A stretch of 64,000 bases of DNA from Octopus sinensis (Eukaryota), in assembly GCF_006345805.1 (NCBI RefSeq), contig NW_021833062.1, positions 1-64,000 on the forward strand. Direction: 5' to 3'. How positions within the stretch are numbered: position 1 is the first letter of the stretch; each line of letters opens with the position of its first letter. The position numbers were made by a program, and so were the translations under genes. Under the pieces are notes generated by a model. The model did no database searches. It was not told the DNA's origin and was given only the letters and a program-made list of their open reading frames with translations. This document shows positions 54,797 through 64,000 of this stretch, one piece after another.

Positions 54797-54993
54797 GGGA
54801 GAGTTTACGAAAAAAACAAAAGACGAAGATAGGTGGTGTAAAGCACAAACAGATGTATTAATATAACTCTCAGGAATAGAAGTCTTTTTCGTTTCGAGCC
54901 TACGCTCTTCTACAGAAAGAGAAACACAAAAAGCAAGGGCAGAAACAAGGGGAGAAAAATATGTGTGTCGTGGCTAACGATCTCTCTCATGGC
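54796..54993 (-). mobile_element. Variant-hammerhead repeat (duplicate of 8993-9190)
   Basis: Identical sequence at +45803. Confidence 0.55.
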
Positions 54994-55132
54994 AGGCCGT
55001 TCCAAAAGACACTATATTATTTCGTAATCTAATGACTTTGCTATTTCTTGTACAATTGACTTCAAATGTTAACAGCATCGATAAAAATAAGTCAAAATAT
55101 TATGGTTAAAGTTTGATATGTTTTTAAGTATA

Positions 55133-55869
55133 GGAATTGCATTCACTATAAATGATAATGATATTTGTGTGTTGGAATATGGTCGACCACAGTCGAACAA
55201 GACTGTGCAGTTTACTTTGATGATGGATTTCACTAAAAGGTCGCCAACGGCAAAGCGGTTTTGGACCTGGCTCAAAAACTTCAAAAGCTAAGATTGTCTG
55301 TGCAGGGGAAGACGATCAGGACGAGCACTAACATTGGACGAGACAGTCGAGGAGGCTAGCCCGAAACTCTTTGAAAGTTCCAAGATCTCCATGAGAAGAA
55401 CAAGTTTGGAAATCCAGATTCCGCCAATGACTGTTTAGCTCGACCTGATGAAACACTACAAGCTGAGGTTCATTCAGGCCATAATGGCAGACGACAAGCG
55501 ACTGCGCAAACAAGGGGCTATGTGAAGGGCTTGGTCTATGCCACCTACACCCTTTCTGAAAACCTAGAGGAACTCGAGCAGAGAATCACTACCGCACTGG
55601 AGACTGTGACACAAGACATGCTGCCGAGTTTTTGGGAGGAGGTACATTAACGCCATGGCGTGTGCCCTTCCTTAGGCGTTGCGAATATCAGACATTTGTG
55701 ATATTCTTCATGGAATCCACGTCCATTTGAATTCCTGATGCAATTTTTGCAGGAATACGTCAATGCTGACCAAATTTAAACCTGTTTAGTTTCAATTTCT
55801 TTTGGCTATGTAATTTCTGTGATGTTTATATCTCAAAAGATATCAAAGATCTTGGAAGTAAAGCACTGT
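55133..55869 (+). mobile_element. Tc1/mariner deletion derivative (duplicate of 9330-10066)
   Basis: Near-identical at +45803. Confidence 0.75.
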
Positions 55870-55872
55870 ATG

Positions 55873-55966
<94 letters not shown>

Positions 55967-56684
55967 GTGTGAGTGATCATTCAAAATTCTTTCATTACTC
56001 ACTTCCAATTATTGCAGGAAACGGGAATTGTACAATTATAATCATACATGTCTCTACATGTCACGTTGTAGAGACCTATGAGCAGTTTTCCACAAATCTA
56101 CTTTTGCGGCTGTTGAAGTGACGAAAAGGTTATAATGACGGTAGAACAATCTAGATGATTAACGTTCTTACACCTAAAGAGATATTCACTGAGAAATAGA
56201 AGTTTATGGTGAAAATGCTCTATCGTAAGACGTAGTGAGGCACTGGCATCACCTTTTCCAGTTTGGTGAGAAATCGGTTGAATCTACAGTGATTCCTGGA
56301 CAACCATATACAACCACATGTGACGACACCATTACTAAAATGGAAGATACCATTTCTGAAGTATTGGCGACTTAATTCTCGGCAATTCCCCCAAGAAGTG
56401 TTCATAAATGTAAGAATGTAGGATCCATGGAAAACTGATCACGGCCATTTGCATTTGCGGAAGGCGCCTACATGATGGATTACCCTGATACTGATATGTG
56501 TATATATACATAAAGATATATTTACGTACAAACACGCACACACACACACACACACACACTCAAACACACACACATATATATATATTCGCTCCAACATTCG
56601 AAACTCGATTACTTTGACCATATAATTTTTTTTATTTTCTCAAAATAAAAACATATATATATATATATATATGTATATACGTAT

Positions 56685-56756
<72 letters not shown>

Positions 56757-56846
56757 GTGTCCTGTGACACACAAATATCTAAAGTATATTTCTCTTTTCC
56801 CTTAGTTTTATAATAACTTCATACCATATTATTTCTTTTTCTGCAG

Positions 56847-56890
56847 GACCTCACTGGGATGAAAATAACAATCTTCAGAAATACGACTGA
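56847..56890 (+). CDS. Candidate terminal exon 4 (G)PHWDENNNLQKYD*
   Basis: Strong acceptor, phase 1, AATAAA at 56995-57000. Confidence 0.45.
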
Positions 56891-57322
56891 GCCACAGTAC
56901 CTTCAGTTTATGTGTATGGTTTCAATGAATACCATTAGAGTAACACAGCTAAAATATCACATTGCTTTTCGGTTAATATTGCCTATAATATCACAATAAA
57001 TCAAAGATGTATCTCTTTAATAATCCTCGCACTGGCGATTAGAACTTTGACTTTGTAAAAGACTGATGGTAAATATATTTAAAACGAATCCTAATTAACT
57101 GTGCAATATCATGGCAGATCGTAATGCAAATTTGTGAAGACGATCCAGTAGGCAATAAAATACAATTTCGTTACTAAAACATTCGTATGACTATTATTAC
57201 ATTTTATGTGTTCATACCATTACACACATCACTGCAAATCGCGCTCGCACGCACATATACACACACGCACACATACACACACTCATATGTATATATATAT
57301 ATATAAGATTAGAAGAGGCTGT

Positions 57323-57643
57323 CATGCGTTGTACACTGAAAATTATCAAAACAACGTTTAACAGCAACGCCGGATAACAATCAATATCCAGAAAAAAACT
57401 AAATTACGAATACTTATTTCTTTATTGCCCACAGGATATTAAACAAAGATACGACAAACAAGGACCCAGAAAGGGATTAAGACAATTACATAGACCACAG
57501 CAATTAAAAGGTACTTCTTTATTCGTCCCCGAAATGATGAAGTTCAAAGTCGACTCCGGCGGAATTTGAACTCACAATGTAACAGTAGACGTAATACCAC
57601 TAGGCATAACAAATATTGCCTGAGTGTAAACAGAATCGCGACA
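57323..57643 (-). mobile_element. SINE (paralog of 11520-11840); the identity switch occurs inside it
   Basis: Identical up to about 57573, diverged after. Confidence 0.7.
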
Positions 57644-57804
57644 GAAGAATGAGCGAATTACATTCAGGTTCTGAATGCATTTTTAATTTAGTAGATATAT
57701 TGCAATTACCACAATTTTTCTAATTATCTACATTAGAAATACGTCTTTTACTTTAACCGATAGAATCACATATATGTATAAACGCAGACACATATATAAT
57801 GCTT

Positions 57805-57963
<159 letters not shown>

Positions 57964-58789
57964 GCATATATGTGTGGGGGTTGTATGTATATATCTATAT
58001 ATGTATATCTAAGTATATGTGCGTGTACGTATATGTATATATTATCGTATATATCTATTTGTTTGTAAGTGTGTGAAATGTACTGATAAACAAATAATGA
58101 AGACAAGTAGTATTTCAAAAGTTTTACTTAAAAATTACCAGCAGGTTTCGGAATTTAATCTTGTTCCAAACATATATTTCAGTCGCCTCATGTAGATTTT
58201 AGACGGAATAAAAATATAAGAGAAGTATTAACCTCTATTTCTGACTACGCGAAAACTAACATTGGAGTGTCTGTATGCTGTACACTAAAAAATTGACACA
58301 AGAGAAGACAGCCCTGCTCATTGTGGAGCAATATGTGATTAGTCGATTCCGTCAGGAAACATAGCAGAAATGTTACGATTTGAATGGTGCGTGGAACCTG
58401 TAAAATATCACATTTGGAGTACTCAGAAGAATGCATAATACAAAACCTGCGTCCTATTGGTTGAGCAATAGAACAATTAAACTAAACATTTAATTGGGAA
58501 GATATGAGAGGCCAAGTACAATAACAGTAGTAAAATATTTTAGATTAAACGGGGGTAATTTTTAAAAAGAATTGAATGTGCATATTCTCAGAAAATATTC
58601 ATAATCTGTTAGACATTCAGTCCTCCAAATGCAGGAAGAGAAATATATTTGTGAGATATTAACACGACGACCTGGATACATTAATAAAATGACAGTAGAA
58701 TTTCCTCATATATAAAAAATTCTGGTTCAAATTTTGGTTACGAATTCCTATAATTTTGAATTTCTATTTAGAAGAAGAAGAAAAAGAAG

Positions 58790-60100
58790 AAGAAAAATAC
58801 GTAAACTTTTGACAATGCATAGAATGCACCACCCTAAGTCAGATACAGAACGACTTTATCTGCCAAGAAAAGAGGGAGGCCGTGTACTTTTACAACTGGC
58901 AATAACAATGAAGATTGCTACAATTGGCCTAGACACCTACCTGAAAATCTCTGAGGACTGGATGTTAAAACTTGTTTCAAAACATGAAAACAAAAAAGCA
59001 TCATACTCAGTAACAAAACAGGCAAAGCAATATCTAAGTGAATTCCGAATACAACAAATTTCGGAATTGGAGATAGACATATTAGAAACAGGCACAGAAA
59101 ATGGTAAGCGCATGAAAACCCGTGCTAAATCTGCGGCCTTAGATATTTTGAATAATAAATGGCAAGAAAAACCTCTCTATGGCAAATACCCAAAGAGAGC
59201 GAATAATGCAGTTGTTGACAAAAACCCTAACCCATCAATGGCTAATTGCCTCTGGCTTAAAATCTGAAACAGAGGTGTTTGTCAATACAGCTCAAGATCA
59301 ATGCCTACCAACAAGAAACTATCAGCCCAATAATATTAAATTTCAGCAGCAGTCCAACGTGTCGTGTATGCCAGCAACAAAATGAAACCATTGATCATGT
59401 GGTCTCCAAGTGCAGTCTTCTAGCGCCTTCAGAATATCTCAACAGGCATGATAGAACTGCACAATATATTCAATGGGTAATTTGCAAAAACCTGGATTTG
59501 CCCCATGATAAAAACTTGTGGGAACACAATCCAACCCCAGTGCTTGAAAATGACCACATCTCACTCCTCTGGAACTTCACCATTCAAACTGACAGAAAGA
59601 TAGATGCAAATAGGCCAGACATCATATTGAAAGACTTCAAACAAAGAACATGCCACCTCATTGATATGACTGTCCCAATCGATATAAACGTATCTGTCAA
59701 GACCTACTAAAAACTGAGCAAATATAAAGATCTTGAAATAGAAATCAGCAAAATGTGGAACCTGAAGACTAAAACGATACCTGTTGTCATAGGTGCCCTG
59801 GGCATCATAGCAAAAGGGGCTAATAGCTACCTAACTCAGATACCAGGAAACCCCAAAATGGCAGAAATTCAAAAGCTACTGCTAATGGGAACTGCCATAT
59901 CCTACGCAAAATACTTTCTATGTAATCTCAAGGTTTAAAACAAACATTTTTTTGTAGACATCCACTAGTAGAAAACAAAAAACAACCAAATATGTGGGAC
60001 ACTAGGCATAATAACAACTTGAAGTTCCAACCTGTTGTCTCTTGAGGTCTCTGGGTGAGATTTTGAGCCAACTGGTACAAATACAAAGCAAATGTCAAAC
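58790..60100 (+). mobile_element. RLE retrotransposon, family B
   Basis: KIRKLLTMHRMHHPKSDTERLYLPRKEGGR, CRVCQQQNETIDHVVSKC, RPDIILKD. Family-B 3'UTR. Confidence 0.9.
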
Positions 60101-60178
60101 ATATAATAATAATAATAATAATAATAATAGTAATAATAATAATAATAATAAAATAATAATAATAAAATAATAATAATA

Positions 60179-60216
<38 letters not shown>

Positions 60217-60257
60217 TAATAATAATAATAATAATAAAATAATAATAATAATAATGT

Positions 60258-61695
60258 TATAGGAGACTTCGTGCAGTCCTGAAATCTGAACTAAATGCAC
60301 GTAGCAAGGTGTTAGCTATAAATTCCTTAGCAGTTCCAGTTGTTACTTATAGCTACAATGTGTTGAACTGGAATATGAGTGAAGTAAAGAATATAGATAG
60401 GAAAATACGCAAGCTGCTGAGTTGTAATAGGATGCACCACCCAAAGGTAGACGTAGATCGCCTTTACCTTCCCAGAGCCCAAGGAGGTCGAGGCCTGATC
60501 CAATTTGAACTAGCTTACAAAACAACCACAATTGGACTGGCCAAATATCTCGAAATATCGAATGACTGGATGCTAAAGCTCGTGGAAAATCACGAGAGAC
60601 GAAAGAAGCTTCATTCTATCATAAAGGAAAGCAAAAACTTTGCTATTGATCTCGTGCAGGATACCCAAACTGTACAACCCGAGGGAAGTACGGCAACTAT
60701 TGTTGCAAAGAAGGTGAAAATGATGGCAACGAAAAAAGCGCACGAGCAATTGGCTGATCGGTCGGAGGAGAAACCTCTGCACGGCAAATATGTGACCCGC
60801 AGGAAACAAGCTGATGTTGACCAGGAGCAAACCCATACGTGGCCACGGAGCTCAGGGCTAAAAGCTGAGAGCGAAGGTTTCATCCTGGCTGCTCAAGATC
60901 AAAACCTATTAACCCGGAACTACCAGGCCAATGTGATGAAAAATGGAGCAGACCCAAAATACCGATTCTTCAACGACATGATTGAAACAGTGGACCACCT
61001 AATCTCTGGAGGTAAAGTCTTAGCACCAGTGGAGTATAAATTAAGACATGACAGAGTTGGCCAATATCTCCACTGGCTAATAAGTCGGCATTACAATATC
61101 AAAACTGCCGAGAAGTGGTATAATCACCACCCTGAGGCTGTAACTGATGGAGAAAATGTAACCATTCTGTGGGACTTTCCAGTATATACAGACCGAATCA
61201 TCAAGGCCAATAAACCAGATATTGTTGTGAAAGACCCAAACAATAAAGTTTGCTTATTGATCGACATGAGCATCTCCTGTGATCATAATATCTCAGCGAA
61301 AGAGTTTGACAAGCTCAGAAAATATAAAGACCTACTCATTGAAATTGAGAAAATGTGGCATCTCAAGGCGGTTACAATACCAGTGATCGTAGGAGCACTA
61401 GGAATGATCAAGAAGGGAACCGAAAATTATATGAGAATGATCCCTGGCTTACCATCCCTGCAAGAAGTGCAAAAGATTGTCTTAACTGGTACATCACACG
61501 TATTGAGAAGAGCATTGTCGATGTGAGAACTGTTGCTGCTCATGTATTTTAATGTAACTTAAGAAAAATAAAAAAATGAACGAACTATTGACTTTTGTTT
61601 AATGGCCTAGCAATGTATACTATGAGATTCTTTGCCCTAGGAGTCGGGAAGAGATTCGGCAAGAAATGGAAGCAAATTTGAAAGAAGAAAAAATA
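60258..61695 (+). mobile_element. RLE retrotransposon, family A, with uninterrupted 405-aa frame (60309-61526)
   Basis: RT C-terminus through RLE (KPDIVVKD...LIDMSI...KYKDL) without stops. The CCHC cysteines are mutated. Confidence 0.9.
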
Positions 61696-61716
61696 GTAAT
61701 AATAATAATAATAATA

Positions 61717-61790
<74 letters not shown>

Positions 61791-61825
61791 CCAATAATAA
61801 TAATGGTAATAATAATAATAATATT

Positions 61826-61871
<46 letters not shown>

Positions 61872-61924
61872 TAATAATAATAATAATAATAATAATAAAA
61901 TAATAATAATAATAATAATAATAA

Positions 61925-62810
61925 TGCTGATGTAGACCAAGCAACAACCCATCAGTGGCTGAAGATTTCTGGATTGAAAGCAGAGACTGAAAGCTTCATA
62001 ATAGCAGCACAAGATCAAATCTTGTTTACCAGAAATTACCAGGCTAAAGTTCTCCGAAACGGTACTGACCCTAAATGCAGATTCTGCGACACATTTGACG
62101 AAACGATAGACCATCTCGTTTCGGGATGTCCTGTGCTGACACGAAACGAATTCAAAAATCGCCACGATAGGGTAGGACAGTATATACATTGGAAGATATG
62201 TAAATACTACAAATTCGACACCCCTGCTAACCGGTATGAACACCATCCTCAGCCGGTTGTTGAAGGTAAGGATGTCACCATCCACTGGGATTTTCCAGTC
62301 AACACTGACAGAACGATCAAGGCTAAACGAACAGACATAATTGTTAAAGACAGGGAAGAAAATACCTGCTGACTAATAGAAGTAAGCGTCCCAACTGATA
62401 AAAATGTATCTGTAAAGGAATTTGACAAACTTAGTAAATATAAGGTCCTGGAAATCGAAATACAAAAGATGTGGAATCTTAAAATAAAAACTGTTCCTGT
62501 TATTGTAGGTGCTCTGGGTATGATAAAAAAGGGATGTCAGAAAGACCTAGACAATATCACTGGAGAACCATGTCTCAAGGAAATCCAAAAGATTGTGCTA
62601 ACAAGTATTGCCCACATCCTTAGAAAAACACTATCAATGTAAATGTTTGTGTTTGTATTACATGGAGATATTTCTCTGCTCCCCTCACCAAGCTTTCAGC
62701 TATATTTCAACAACTCTTAACCTTCACTTGCCCTAGGGCGCTGGGTGTGCCCCGGCAAGTGATTGCATCAAACATGCAGATTAAAAGTAAATGACAATGA
62801 TAATAATATT
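61925..62810 (+). mobile_element. RLE retrotransposon, family C, 5'-truncated
   Basis: GLKAETESFIIAAQDQ, CRFCDTFDETIDHLVSGC, WDFPVNTDRT, RLE. 3'UTR identical to 33550-33705. Confidence 0.9.
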
Positions 62811-62814
62811 AAGG

Positions 62815-64000
62815 TGGACTATTTGCGCAGATTGAGTCTGATTGAAATAGACGCTATCAATACTTGAGCGGTTTCACTCCTTATATATAGAGTAGACGTA
62901 AACGCATGGACACAAGAGGAACTAAACAGCCGAGAAAAAGAAGAAATTTGTTAACCTGATATGAGAATCTCAACCCAAAATGTGATACACACAGGAGTAT
63001 TTAACAAGTAAAATGAGGAAGAGTACTTATTGGGAGCGAGTGCAGCATAAAACTCTCAAAGGATGAAAGGCAATGTCGAACCTGGCAGAATTTGAAGCTA
63101 TGTAAAAACAATGCTACATAGCAGCTATTATTAGAAGGAAGATGATCAGGCTTGTGCAAGATGAATGATTGCAAAGATAAAACATTCTAAAAGAAATTGA
63201 AAACGAATGAAACTGAAAATTGTTCGGTAAGAAAAGGATGCATCAACAATTTAATAGGGATGTTGAAGATACGATAGACAGAGAAAAAGGATGAATAAAT
63301 GTGATTTGAAATCGAAAGCGGTGGCACTAATCTCTGCTGTGTTCGCACTGATTTGTGCTGCCCAAGAGCAAACACTAAGAACAAACTACATAAGATACAG
63401 AATGTACAACACTGCAGAAAGGTATAAGAGAAGAATCTGTAGACAAAACTGGTAACCCGTACGGCATATTACCAGCAAATGTACGCCACTAGCCGAGAAG
63501 GAATATAAGAGACGCCACGACAATGTAGCCAAGCCAGTCAATTTGACATTTTGAAACAAGTATGGACTTGACAGAGCAAAAATTAGATACGACCACAAAC
63601 CTAAAGGCAACATCGAAAATATAGATGCAAAAATCGTATGGGATTTCATGATTCAATGTGACCATGAGATACAGAATTTTAAGCCGGAAATAGTCTTAAT
63701 TGAGAAAGGAAACAATCTATGCTTATTAATACATATAGCATGCCCAGCTGATACCGACGTATTCGATAAGTAAGACATAAAGGTCGAGAGATATGATAGG
63801 TTGGCTTGAGAAGTGAAGCAGTTCTGGTGGAGGTAGCAGTAGTATCAATAATTGTTGGTGCCCTAGGAAGAGTGAGCAAAAATCGCGAGAACTACGTGGA
63901 AGAAATGGAGTCTCCAATAAGGGTGGATAACGTGCTGAAAACAGCACTGCTTGCAAACGCTCGAATACTCCGGAAGGTGCCCGAAAAATGAGAGGTGTTA
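62815..64000 (+). mobile_element. RLE retrotransposon, family E (runs off the window)
   Basis: YKRRHDNVA, WDFMIQCDHEI, KPEIVLIEK, SIIVGALGRVSKN...LKTALLANARILRKV. Confidence 0.8.

Larger units (their letters stand above)
45804..57573 (+). other. Near-identical direct duplicate of 1-11770 (offset 45803)
   Basis: All ORFs recur at +45803. Only a handful of substitutions seen by eye. Confidence 0.95.

Overview
AT-rich animal genomic DNA, very probably an octopus (cephalopod); this is inferred from SINE and repeat types I recognise from memory, not from a search. The window is dominated by (AAT)n and (TA)n microsatellites and decayed transposons. No prokaryotic features are present. Main content: (1) Head-to-tail arrays of 5'-truncated restriction-like-endonuclease (R4/Dong-type) non-LTR retrotransposons from at least five families, which I label A-E, sitting in (AAT)n tracts. 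Families A-D share a position-conserved two-stem RNA motif near their 3' end. (2) Penelope-like elements and derivatives at (TA)n tracts, carrying hammerhead ribozymes: two with intact cores, plus variant and decayed ones. (3) CR1-type and RTE LINEs, tRNA-type SINEs, and Tc1/mariner and pogo/Tigger relics. (4) A 45,803-bp-period tandem duplication, near-identical over 1-11,770 vs 45,804-57,573 and visibly more diverged afterwards. (5) A candidate host gene that the ORF track cannot show. Four short phase-compatible exons (27625-27667, 39348-39447, 52790-52971, 56847-56890) splice to a 122-aa secreted protein with a signal peptide and 8 cysteines; the last two exons of an upstream paralog are at 6987-7168 and 11044-11087. 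Transposon boundaries are by eye and approximate (about +/-20 bp). Exon and ribozyme coordinates were counted base by base.
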